From sequence record NC_006883.2: a stretch of 64,000 bases of DNA. One strand, written 5' to 3'. The translations under genes and the position numbers were made by a program. The notes under the pieces were generated by a model, which worked only from the letters and a program-made list of their open reading frames with translations, made no database searches and had not been told where the DNA came from. Shown piece after piece: positions 1 to 6,587 of this stretch (the first letter of the stretch is position 1; the number at the start of each line of letters is the position of its first letter).

Positions 1-1
1 G

Positions 2-46
2 AAGTGGCACACATACACAAGAAAAGGGATTTAGACTCGCTATAAT
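2..46 (+). promoter_or_regulatory. Early-type promoter: AAGTGGCACA box (2-11) plus TATAAT (41-46)
   Basis: Box to -10 spacing matches the other copies at 4605, 5180, 6060, 6518 and 6767; ORF starts at 73. Confidence 0.7.
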
Positions 47-72
47 AGAAGAGTAAACAAGGGAACCACCCA

Positions 73-315
73 ATGCAAATTTCTTCTAAAGATGGGAATA
101 TGGTTGTTGACTTCTATCCAACGAAAGATGCCAACAACAAGGTGTATTCCGATAAGATATTGAAAGTATTATCTTTCAGAGGTGATACACAGAAAAAGAT
201 GGTGATCTCCAGAGATCATTTCTACTATCAAGTGAGAGAGTATATTCTCACTCACAAGTATAGAGTCACAGATGACGCTATGCTACCACAATTCATTTCC
301 TCGGAGGCAGTTTAA
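73..315 (+). CDS. Hypothetical early phage protein, 80 aa
   Basis: ORF track; follows the promoter; stop overlaps next start (TAATG). Confidence 0.75.
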   Translation: MQISSKDGNMVVDFYPTKDANNKVYSDKILKVLSFRGDTQKKMVISRDHFYYQVREYILTHKYRVTDDAMLPQFISSEAV

Positions 316-602
316 TGTTACCAGAGTACAGACCAGTTAAAGCATTGAATGACTTTGTTGATTATGTTTGGTCATTCTACGGAGAGCATGAGGACACTCT
401 TTACCCTATCAAGGGATTACAAAAGAGAGACATCTACAATGCCTTCTTTACCTACAAGGATAGAATAGAGAAGGGTGACATTGAGTACACCCATTACTCT
501 TGGGGTTTTGGTGATAGTTTAGATCGTGAGAGAGTAAGAGACATCATACTTGAGAATCCAAAATTTAAACAAGTAAACCGTTTCGATCTTTTAAACCAAT
601 GA
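315..602 (+). CDS. Hypothetical phage protein, 95 aa
   Basis: ORF track; translationally coupled on both sides. Confidence 0.75.
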   Translation: MLPEYRPVKALNDFVDYVWSFYGEHEDTLYPIKGLQKRDIYNAFFTYKDRIEKGDIEYTHYSWGFGDSLDRERVRDIILENPKFKQVNRFDLLNQ

Positions 603-823
603 GAACACCATCTAACCAACTCTTCGCAGACATCGACTTCTTAGTGGATGAACTGGGTATGAACGCTAATGAGTGTGATGATGTTTTACACGCTTGTGAT
701 GAGTTAGGAGGCATTAGTGCTGAATACTTCTGTGAGGAGTTTATCTTTGAAACTGGTGATCCTGATGACATTGATAGATTACACGATCCAAACTACCTTA
801 AAATCAACTGGGGTTTAAACTAA
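599..823 (+). CDS. Hypothetical acidic phage protein, 74 aa
   Basis: ATGA overlap with the upstream gene. Confidence 0.75.
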   Translation: MRTPSNQLFADIDFLVDELGMNANECDDVLHACDELGGISAEYFCEEFIFETGDPDDIDRLHDPNYLKINWGLN

Positions 824-865
824 TCCCCCAGTAACCTTTTACATCCACTTACTAATTTTTTTAAA

Positions 866-1075
866 ATGACCGAACTATTAAACAGTTACACATTTGAAGC
901 AAAGAAAATTGTTTACTATTCAGTAACAGTTGGTGCAGAAAATAAAACTGAAGCAAAGAGAATTGCATCTGATTTTGAACATTGCAAACATTATGAAGAG
1001 GTTGAGTATTGTGAAGGATATGAGTATAAGGTAGGTAAACTATTAGAAACAACTGATGAAAAATGGTTAACATGA
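866..1075 (+). CDS. Hypothetical phage protein, 69 aa
   Basis: ORF track; phage-like acidic composition. Confidence 0.7.
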   Translation: MTELLNSYTFEAKKIVYYSVTVGAENKTEAKRIASDFEHCKHYEEVEYCEGYEYKVGKLLETTDEKWLT

Positions 1076-1206
1076 TGGAACCATTAGACTCTAAGGTGTA
1101 TGAAGAGTTAAAACAAGCAACACCAACAATCAAGTATTATTTCCTTTATAATGAGAAGAACAATGACAGAAGAAACGAAACTGATCTGTGCATTAACCGA
1201 GGGTGA
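1072..1206 (+). CDS. Possible 44-aa protein (MMEPLDSKVYEELKQ...)
   Basis: Read manually; ATGA overlap with the upstream stop; overlaps the next gene by about 44 nt. Confidence 0.4.
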   Translation: MMEPLDSKVYEELKQATPTIKYYFLYNEKNNDRRNETDLCINRG

Positions 1207-1360
1207 GATTAGTACAATCTTACATTCATTACAAGTGTATGCACATAGGCATCAAACAACTGATGAGATTGAGAGAGTATTTGAAGAGTTAGAAGGTGTA
1301 GTTGACGTACATTATGATAAAACTTGGCAACAGGAGTTTATACCAAACTTCCATGATTAA
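1163..1360 (+). CDS. Hypothetical phage protein (start 1163 or 1151)
   Basis: ORF track 1151..1360. Confidence 0.7.
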   Translation: MTEETKLICALTEGEISTILHSLQVYAHRHQTTDEIERVFEELEGVVDVHYDKTWQQEFIPNFHD

Positions 1361-1568
1361 GATTGATTCATTAAGTAGAGCAATCGGATCAGTATTGATT
1401 GTTATATCTTACTTTGTTGTTTTAAATGTCTCTGCAACAATCGGAGCAGCAATGTATTTGGTGAGTCATTTTCTAAGTATGCCTTACTTTGTAAGGACGA
1501 AGGGGTGGGATGTAGTGGTAATGTTATCATTTTTAATTGTGATTAGCATTGCCAAGTTAATAGCGTAA
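1353..1568 (+). CDS. Small membrane protein, about 71 aa, 2-3 hydrophobic segments
   Basis: In-frame ATG at 1353 overlaps the upstream stop; hydrophobic sequence. Confidence 0.7.
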   Translation: MIKIDSLSRAIGSVLIVISYFVVLNVSATIGAAMYLVSHFLSMPYFVRTKGWDVVVMLSFLIVISIAKLIA

Positions 1569-1579
1569 ATGTTAAGAGA

Positions 1580-1608
1580 TTGACAAATAAGGGAAAAAGT
1601 ATTATAAT
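1580..1608 (+). promoter_or_regulatory. Consensus sigma70 promoter TTGACA-N17-TATAAT
   Basis: Perfect consensus, intergenic, upstream of ORF 1638. Confidence 0.85.
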
Positions 1609-1637
1609 TAGTATCAACCACCACCACCCTAAGTCCA

Positions 1638-1862
1638 ATGAAAGAAGTAACATTTACTAGCGAAGAGTTTGATTTAGTTTTTAATTTATTACAAGATCAT
1701 TTGGAAGACATAATGCAAGATGAGTTTTTCCATGTTGATAGTCATGAAGCAGCAGAGAAGGCAACACAATTAACTGTTGATAGTCTGCGAGCAATGAAGA
1801 ATTATATGAATGATAAGTTAGAGTCAGATTGTTTTGAGGGTGCAGCAGGTTTAACAGCATGA
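1638..1862 (+). CDS. Hypothetical phage protein, 74 aa
   Basis: First gene after the sigma70 promoter. Confidence 0.75.
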   Translation: MKEVTFTSEEFDLVFNLLQDHLEDIMQDEFFHVDSHEAAEKATQLTVDSLRAMKNYMNDKLESDCFEGAAGLTA

Positions 1863-2044
1863 GTGAAGAAGAACTTGAGCAGTTTGAAAAGGCACTTGAA
1901 ACTTTTATGGAGTATGCAAGTGTCGAAGAACTTAATTATTTGAGAAGAGAATCAACCCGAAAGTATAATCAGTCTTATTATGCACATAAGGCAAAGAAAC
2001 TTGGTGTTGACATTGATTATTATATGAAGGAGTTTGTAATATGA
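1859..2044 (+). CDS. Hypothetical phage protein, 61 aa
   Basis: ATGA coupling. Confidence 0.7.
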   Translation: MSEEELEQFEKALETFMEYASVEELNYLRRESTRKYNQSYYAHKAKKLGVDIDYYMKEFVI

Positions 2045-2244
2045 AATTTAATGATGAGGCAAAGTTAAACTTTGCATTGGAACATGTCTTACACTTAGAA
2101 GACTTATGGAAAGATGATTGGAATCCTGATATATCAATACATATCAGTAATTTAAAATATGAGATCATTAAAGAACAAACTAAGTTGCAATTAAAGAGAG
2201 AAGATGTTAAAATAGTAAGTGGTTCTCACAAGATAAATAAGTGA
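2041..2244 (+). CDS. Hypothetical phage protein, 67 aa
   Basis: ATGA coupling. Confidence 0.7.
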   Translation: MKFNDEAKLNFALEHVLHLEDLWKDDWNPDISIHISNLKYEIIKEQTKLQLKREDVKIVSGSHKINK

Positions 2245-2475
2245 ATGAAATATCTTTATATTATTGATTATTGGGTTCCTTTTCCTTCATCTGAATATGG
2301 TGGAGTTGTTAATGTAATTGCTGAAGATGACTCTGAGGCATTTGAGATATTATCTAAGGAAGAAGGATTTGATGACACTTACATTGAACGTATTATGCCT
2401 AATGTAATCAAGGCACAAAAACTAAAATTAGTTGATGATTACGATTCAAACATTATAGACGCATTTATTACCTAA
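2245..2475 (+). CDS. Conserved-type cyanophage hypothetical protein (YIIDYWVPFPSSEYGG), 76 aa
   Basis: ORF track; abuts the upstream stop. Confidence 0.75.
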   Translation: MKYLYIIDYWVPFPSSEYGGVVNVIAEDDSEAFEILSKEEGFDDTYIERIMPNVIKAQKLKLVDDYDSNIIDAFIT

Positions 2476-2482
2476 AAGGACA

Positions 2483-2665
2483 ATGGCAAAGAAAAAGAAG
2501 AGTACAACTTTCAGAGTTGACGGTTTAACTAATCGTGGTAAGGATGGACAATGGATTAAACAAACTGGTGGATTGTCTGAAGAGGCAGCACAAGAGTGGA
2601 TTGATAACAGAGTTAAACTTGATATAAGTTGCAACGAATCTGATTACAGAATAGTAGGTGAGTAA
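2483..2665 (+). CDS. Hypothetical phage protein, 60 aa
   Basis: ORF track; GGAC RBS-like sequence upstream. Confidence 0.7.
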   Translation: MAKKKKSTTFRVDGLTNRGKDGQWIKQTGGLSEEAAQEWIDNRVKLDISCNESDYRIVGE

Positions 2666-2826
2666 TGGAAAAACTTTATAGAATTGAAGAACTGCAATCT
2701 GCTGGATGGGAATTGATTGACGACAAGGCAGTTAAGTTGACCAGAGATCAGGCAAAGGCACGATTAGACGATGCAATCGCAGAAGGATTAAACCCTAACC
2801 GTCTTCGTGCTATTCCAGATGTATGA
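2665..2826 (+). CDS. Hypothetical protein, 53 aa (MEKLYRIEELQSAGWELID...NPNRLRAIPDV)
   Basis: Read manually; TAATG coupling; fills the gap between neighbours. Confidence 0.7.
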   Translation: MEKLYRIEELQSAGWELIDDKAVKLTRDQAKARLDDAIAEGLNPNRLRAIPDV

Positions 2827-3196
2827 ACCAATAGTAGATGATTACGTTAAGTGGACTAACTCTTTGGGGCAAGTTCATGAAGGTTGGGTATATTTTAAAG
2901 GTGACCCAGTTGATAATAAGAAACGTATTAAAGATGGGTGGAATCCTATTAGTCAGTATATTACTATTGAGATAGGAGTGAAACCTAAACCTCATTGTGT
3001 TTATTCGTCTGGGAAACCTATGAGGCACAAACTAATTCATATATTATTATTGTGTAATAGAGAGCATTGGGGAGAATTAGAATATATCAAGAATCGGAGA
3101 GGCACTCCGAGTGACGCAACGCCTGAGACTAATAAGAACCTTGACCCCTATGCTGGTTATAAGAGTCAAGAAGGAAGGTATGTAGATGTTCAATAA
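2819..3196 (+). CDS. Hypothetical phage protein, about 125 aa
   Basis: ORF track 2807..3196; ATG at 2819 couples to the upstream stop. Confidence 0.75.
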   Translation: MYEPIVDDYVKWTNSLGQVHEGWVYFKGDPVDNKKRIKDGWNPISQYITIEIGVKPKPHCVYSSGKPMRHKLIHILLLCNREHWGELEYIKNRRGTPSDATPETNKNLDPYAGYKSQEGRYVDVQ

Positions 3197-3213
3197 TTTC
3201 ACTACGCAAAATT

Positions 3214-3294
3214 ATGACCAATAAACTGAGAGTTGGACTCTATGTACTTGCTGTTCTACTGTTAGTTCGCAAGTTGTTAATCAGTATGTTCTGA
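3214..3294 (+). CDS. Possible 26-aa hydrophobic peptide (MTNKLRVGLYVLAVLLLVRKLLISMF)
   Basis: Read manually; single TM-like segment; fills an intergenic gap. Confidence 0.35.
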   Translation: MTNKLRVGLYVLAVLLLVRKLLISMF

Positions 3295-3331
3295 TGAGTA
3301 AATATAAGTATCAAGTAACCCTGAGAGAGTA

Positions 3332-3697
3332 ATGCAACCAACAGAGGATAACGTAGGAATATCAACGACTTGGTCTATTGTAGGACTGAGAAGTTTAAAG
3401 AGCAACGGGTTAGTTGATAGTGTGTTATATCAAGTGGTCTGTAGGGAACAAGTAGGCATAGGATTAAGTGCGACAATCAAGACGAATAGGTATAGTAATC
3501 ACTATGAATTGGAAGGAGATTCACCTACAATAGCACTTGCAGATTTATCAGAGAATAATGTAGTAGGATGGGTGAAGACAGGGTTAGGAAGTACAGAGGT
3601 TCAGAGGATAGAAAACAAGGTAGCACCAGCAAAAACTTTGTATGATTTTGATGAGAATAGAGAGATAAGAGAAGGGAATAGTCTTCCTTGGTCATAG
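3332..3697 (+). CDS. Phage protein resembling tail-fibre-associated accessory/chaperone proteins (TTWSI...VVGWVK...LPWS)
   Basis: Motif pattern recalled from cyanophage fibre-adjacent proteins; late-promoter-like GTAAATA at 3298-3304. Confidence 0.55.
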   Translation: MQPTEDNVGISTTWSIVGLRSLKSNGLVDSVLYQVVCREQVGIGLSATIKTNRYSNHYELEGDSPTIALADLSENNVVGWVKTGLGSTEVQRIENKVAPAKTLYDFDENREIREGNSLPWS

Positions 3698-3799
3698 AGA
3701 GATTCTAAGGGGGTTACTACTGAAGAACTTACAGGGCATTTGTAGTCTATTATACCATATTGTCTTGAAATAGTATTAAAATAAGGTTTTAAATACCTT

Positions 3800-3807
3800 T
3801 ATAAATA
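3800..3807 (+). promoter_or_regulatory. T4 late promoter consensus TATAAATA in non-coding DNA
   Basis: Exact gp55 consensus; no ORF downstream; AT-rich context could be chance. Confidence 0.45.
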
Positions 3808-3929
3808 TATCTTCGTGTTTTATAAGGATACTACCCTTGAGTATCTTAGTGTAACCTTGGTGTATGTTTTAAGGGGTTATAAGCATAAAAATACCTGATA
3901 AAACCACTCAGTCTTATGCAGGTTTAGCG

Positions 3930-3958
3930 AGCGTACCATGAGGCGAGCGATCTGTCAA
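3930..3958 (-). promoter_or_regulatory. Minus-strand sigma70 promoter TTGACA-N17-TACGCT
   Basis: tgtcaa at 3953-3958 and agcgta at 3930-3935 on + strand. Confidence 0.55.
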
Positions 3959-4028
3959 GTCTCAGGAATTTTTTTTCTCCATAAGGACACAAAGTCTCTT
4001 CGAGATCTTCGTGATTTATGCGTGGAAA

Positions 4029-4240
4029 ATCTAGTCGAGATATGCACATAATCTCGTGTTGACAATCTCGACTAGATCTGGTATAATATCACTATACAAG
4101 CAATCAATCTCGACTAGATTCTCATGTATTATCAACTAGATTATGAACTAGATTCTCATCTCGACGAGATCTATGACGCATCATCATATAGTACACATAC
4201 ACATCTAGATCATCATGACGAGATGTATGCACGTCGAGAT
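4029..4240. repeat. Iteron-like cluster of ATCTCGACTAGAT repeats (inverted and direct)
   Basis: Reverse copy 4029-4041; exact copies 4065-4077 and 4107-4119; 1-mismatch copy 4158-4170; partial copies 4131-4153 and 4203-4240. Confidence 0.85.
4059..4087 (+). promoter_or_regulatory. Consensus sigma70 promoter TTGACA-N17-TATAAT embedded in the repeats
   Basis: Perfect consensus; a repeat copy fills the spacer; no ORF downstream. Confidence 0.8.
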
Positions 4241-4256
4241 ACATCATATGTAACAC

Positions 4257-4285
4257 TTGCACAACGTCATCATGTGTGATATAAT
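4257..4285 (+). promoter_or_regulatory. Sigma70-like promoter TTGCAC-N17-TATAAT
   Basis: Near consensus with correct spacing. Confidence 0.6.
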
Positions 4286-4335
4286 GTAACACATAACGCA
4301 TTATAATGCACACACTTGTATGTGTCACACATGGG

Positions 4336-4399
4336 TGTGCAGGTTTATGAATTGGCACAAAGATCTGACTTAGGTGTGCCGCCTAAGAAACTGTATTAT
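4336..4399 (+). promoter_or_regulatory. Dyad TGTGCAGGTT-N4-AATTGGCACA, hairpin 4369-4387, -10 TATTAT (4394-4399)
   Basis: Same elements as other early promoters; box to -10 spacing is about 5 nt longer. Confidence 0.55.
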
Positions 4400-4439
4400 A
4401 GTCGATCCTCATCAGAAGTCATCCGACCTTGTGACAGTT
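4395..4439 (-). promoter_or_regulatory. Leftward early-type promoter: AACTGTCACA (4430-4439) plus TATAAT (4395-4400)
   Basis: Canonical spacing on the minus strand; imperfect GTCG/CGAC inverted repeat between. Confidence 0.65.
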
Positions 4440-4491
4440 TTATTTCTGGCACATAGGCATTAATTCTTGTTACCTAATAATATTTCATCGC

Positions 4492-4546
4492 AGGGGGAGT
4501 GTCGAACGTTGATCAAGGAGTTACATCTCTCCTACCTTCCTCTTTT
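4492..4546 (+). ncRNA. Candidate small structured RNA (three-way junction plus U tract)
   Basis: Stems AGGGGGAG/CUUCCUCU, GUCGA/UUGAU and AGGAG/CUCCU, then UUUU; no ORF; flanked by convergent promoters. Confidence 0.4.
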
Positions 4547-4555
4547 GTTATTCTT

Positions 4556-4600
4556 ATTATAGCAACACCAACACGGAAATCTACCTGTCTTGTGCCACTT
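4556..4600 (-). promoter_or_regulatory. Leftward early-type promoter: AAGTGGCACA (4591-4600) plus TATAAT (4556-4561)
   Basis: Canonical spacing; left half of the dyad 4591-4614. Confidence 0.7.
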
Positions 4601-4604
4601 TAAT

Positions 4605-4649
4605 AACTGGCACACTCTATACACCATTCGCTTCAATCTGGTGTATTGT
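4605..4649 (+). promoter_or_regulatory. Early-type promoter: AACTGGCACA, ATACACCA/TGGTGTAT hairpin, TATTGT
   Basis: Canonical spacing; ORF at 4679. Confidence 0.75.
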
Positions 4650-4678
4650 AAGAGAGTACAAAACAAATGAACATTTAA

Positions 4679-4930
4679 ATGATTCAATCAGAACTTTTGG
4701 GAAGGCACTTCTGGATCTCTCCTGATGGAGATTTTGCCAGTTGCCCCACCTTTGCAGATGGAAACCCTGATGTTACTAACACCGATTACCTTGAGTGTTG
4801 GGAGGGTGATGATCTTACCGTGCTTGAGTTTAATGAAATCATTAAGATCTATCAACGCCTTGTGCATCGCAAAGAATTTGGCATAGGAGGTTGGGGTTTA
4901 CCTGATTGGGCAAACAACATCTTTTCTTAA
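4679..4930 (+). CDS. Hypothetical early protein, 83 aa
   Basis: ORF track; downstream of promoter. Confidence 0.7.
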   Translation: MIQSELLGRHFWISPDGDFASCPTFADGNPDVTNTDYLECWEGDDLTVLEFNEIIKIYQRLVHRKEFGIGGWGLPDWANNIFS

Positions 4931-4935
4931 GATTT

Positions 4936-4969
4936 GAGGGGTTCACACACCCCTCTTTTTTGCTATACT
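4936..4969 (+). terminator. Hairpin GAGGGG/CCCCTC plus T tract, directly followed by -10 TATACT (terminator and probable promoter)
   Basis: 6-bp GC stem, TTTTTT, TATACT at 4964-4969. Confidence 0.6.
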
Positions 4970-4994
4970 TAATTTGTACACACGAATCATAGAA

Positions 4995-5177
4995 ATGAAT
5001 CTCTCCAAAGAAGATCTTCAGATTATCAACGAAGTTTTCTGCCAAGCATACTGCTTCGATCTCCCTGAGAAATGGGATGAGGAGGCAGAGGAGTATGATG
5101 GAGAAGAAGAAACCAATTTCAATTCTACCCGATTCTCTGAGGTTTGGGATAAGATCTCAAGGGAACAGGACAGATAA
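4995..5177 (+). CDS. Hypothetical acidic early protein, about 60 aa
   Basis: ORF track 4974..5177; ATG at 4995 lies downstream of the -10. Confidence 0.7.
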   Translation: MNLSKEDLQIINEVFCQAYCFDLPEKWDEEAEEYDGEEETNFNSTRFSEVWDKISREQDR

Positions 5178-5179
5178 CA

Positions 5180-5224
5180 AACTGGCACACATAAACCCCA
5201 TTCTACGGAGTGGGGTTTTATAAT
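5180..5224 (+). promoter_or_regulatory. Early-type promoter: AACTGGCACA, 11-bp hairpin with TACG loop, TATAAT
   Basis: Canonical spacing; AAGGA RBS and ATG at 5251. Confidence 0.8.
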
Positions 5225-5250
5225 ATTAGTATAAGTTTCAACCTAAAGGA

Positions 5251-5757
5251 ATGAACACCATCACACCAGAAATTCAGTATCAAAACCTCTATGAGCAACT
5301 CTATACCCTGTGTGCAGATCAGGGGTGGGGCGATCCTTTCAGTTATGCCCGTTCCCGTGAGATTCATATGGCAGGTATTTTGGGGCATCGTATTGCAGAT
5401 GACTACTCTGGGGCAGATGCCTTTGACGAAGAGGGAGGGTGTGAGTATAAAAGCACTATCGGTAAGAACATCAACGCCACATACAACGGAATCTCCGTGC
5501 AGGATACGTGGGAGGAGCAGGAGAGATACCTTATTGAGGATAAGATCGGCAAATACACTCATCACTATTATGCACGGTACGAAGGAGGAAAGATTGCAGA
5601 GGTATGGAAACTCAATGCTGCTGACGTGCTAAGAATAGCACTACCAAAGGCAAAGAGGCAGTACCCAAAGAAGAGAGCAGGGAACGCAAAAGATCCCCGT
5701 ATTGGTATTACCATCTCACGGGCAGAGATCACAACCCACGGTGTGCAGGTTATCTAA
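5251..5757 (+). CDS. PvuII-like PD-(D/E)XK endonuclease, 168 aa
   Basis: GADAFDEEGGCEYKS aligns by eye to PvuII GNDAVDNAGQEYELKS; C-terminal YARYEGGKIAEVWKL...KDPRI...HG resembles PvuII FAIYRGIAIEAIYRL...NNPKI...HG; similar length. Confidence 0.7.
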   Translation: MNTITPEIQYQNLYEQLYTLCADQGWGDPFSYARSREIHMAGILGHRIADDYSGADAFDEEGGCEYKSTIGKNINATYNGISVQDTWEEQERYLIEDKIGKYTHHYYARYEGGKIAEVWKLNAADVLRIALPKAKRQYPKKRAGNAKDPRIGITISRAEITTHGVQVI

Positions 5758-5801
5758 CTGGCACACTAAGGGGTTTACAGATCCCCTCAAAACTGTACAA
5801 T
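5742..5801 (+). promoter_or_regulatory. Early-type promoter: dyad TGTGCAGGTT-N4-AACTGGCACA, AGGGG/CCCCT hairpin, TACAAT
   Basis: Spacing within 1 nt of canonical; ORF at 5831. Confidence 0.8.
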
Positions 5802-5830
5802 AAGTACATACCAAACAACAGAGAGCATCA

Positions 5831-6061
5831 ATGCAACTCAACAAACTCGGCACTAATCAAACAGAGATTACACTTGCCGATGGTCACAAGGTATTTTTCT
5901 CCTACAACACTCCCGTAGCGTGTCAGACACCTGACTACGAATACTACAGAACAGAGCGTAAGTGGAGCGTAACAACATCACGCCACATCAGCAAGTGGTT
6001 AGATGGAGTTAATGCCACAGTAATGCCACAGGATTTCTTCAACACCCTGACAGCAAACTAA
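5831..6061 (+). CDS. Conserved-type small phage protein (FSYNTPVA...SVTTSRHI), 76 aa
   Basis: ORF track; motif common in phage early genes. Confidence 0.8.
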   Translation: MQLNKLGTNQTEITLADGHKVFFSYNTPVACQTPDYEYYRTERKWSVTTSRHISKWLDGVNATVMPQDFFNTLTAN

Positions 6062-6104
6062 CTGGCACACCATGAGTGGCAACTCCTCTCTGAGTTGCTA
6101 TTAT
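6060..6104 (+). promoter_or_regulatory. Early-type promoter: AACTGGCACA, GCAACTC/GAGTTGC hairpin, TATTAT
   Basis: Canonical spacing. Confidence 0.8.
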
Positions 6105-6125
6105 AAACCTATCAGACAAAGATCA

Positions 6126-6263
6126 ATGACTTTCAACCGCTTCGATGACTACCTCACTGATGATGCTATTCAAGCACTCATGGAGGATGCCATCTCTGAA
6201 ACACTTTCAGATGACGCAAAGAAAGATCTTGATTCTTATCTGAATTCTAAAAACGATTTCTAA
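6126..6263 (+). CDS. Small acidic early protein, 45 aa (MTFNRFDDYLTDD...)
   Basis: ORF track 6072..6263; start corrected to lie downstream of the promoter. Confidence 0.65.
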   Translation: MTFNRFDDYLTDDAIQALMEDAISETLSDDAKKDLDSYLNSKNDF

Positions 6264-6266
6264 CAA

Positions 6267-6401
6267 ATGACTCAAGTCACTTTGAAAAACACTAAGGCAC
6301 AAATCTTTGATGCGTTACAAAGTGTTAAAGATGTAAGAGAAGAAAGAAACGCTCTTGCAATCCTTAGTATAATACTATTCACAACCACCTGCCTTTTTTA
6401 A
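6267..6401 (+). CDS. Small protein with hydrophobic C-terminus, 44 aa
   Basis: Read manually; tightly packed with neighbours. Confidence 0.6.
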   Translation: MTQVTLKNTKAQIFDALQSVKDVREERNALAILSIILFTTTCLF

Positions 6402-6518
6402 ATGCAACCTTTAACAAATGAAATCTACGCAGCACTCAAAGAAGCAGAGCGTAGACAAAAGGAAGAGGTTCTCACATATGCACCACGCAGACGAACCTCA
6501 ATCTTAAACGATTATTAA
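6402..6518 (+). CDS. Small protein, 38 aa (MQPLTNEIYAALKEAERRQK...)
   Basis: Read manually; abuts the upstream stop; ends at the next promoter box. Confidence 0.55.
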   Translation: MQPLTNEIYAALKEAERRQKEEVLTYAPRRRTSILNDY

Positions 6519-6562
6519 ATTGGCACTCACCCCCTTCACAGGGGGTTTTTTATTGGTATAAT
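6518..6562 (+). promoter_or_regulatory. Early-type promoter: AATTGGCACT, ACCCCCT/AGGGGGT hairpin with T tract, TATAAT
   Basis: Canonical spacing; the hairpin also looks like an intrinsic terminator. Confidence 0.8.
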
Positions 6563-6587
6563 AAAAGAGTAATAAGCAATCATTAAA

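Noticed and set aside
4029-4240. CRISPR-like array
   Set aside because: Repeats are 13 bp or shorter, irregularly spaced and mixed in orientation, with no unique 30-40 nt spacers and no cas genes
4122-4358. 78-aa minus-strand ORF in the repeat region
   Set aside because: His/Met/Val-rich translation is a by-product of RY-alternating repeats; no RBS; atypical composition
4405-4427. Hammerhead ribozyme (CUGAUGA on the minus strand)
   Set aside because: No stem II followed by GAAA at the required position
4495-4515. tRNA fragment (GUUCGA on the minus strand)
   Set aside because: No T-stem pairing, cloverleaf or CCA end; no tRNA gene recognised anywhere in the window
4495-4545. Glutamine (glnA/Downstream-peptide) riboswitch on the minus strand (GGAAG...CAACG)
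   Set aside because: The 5' CGUU(G/C) strand needed for P1 is missing and no downstream ORF follows; the + strand folds better
4591-4614. Dyad as a CRP or NtcA site
   Set aside because: Spacing does not fit TGTGA-N6-TCACA or GTA-N8-TAC; treated as a distinct motif
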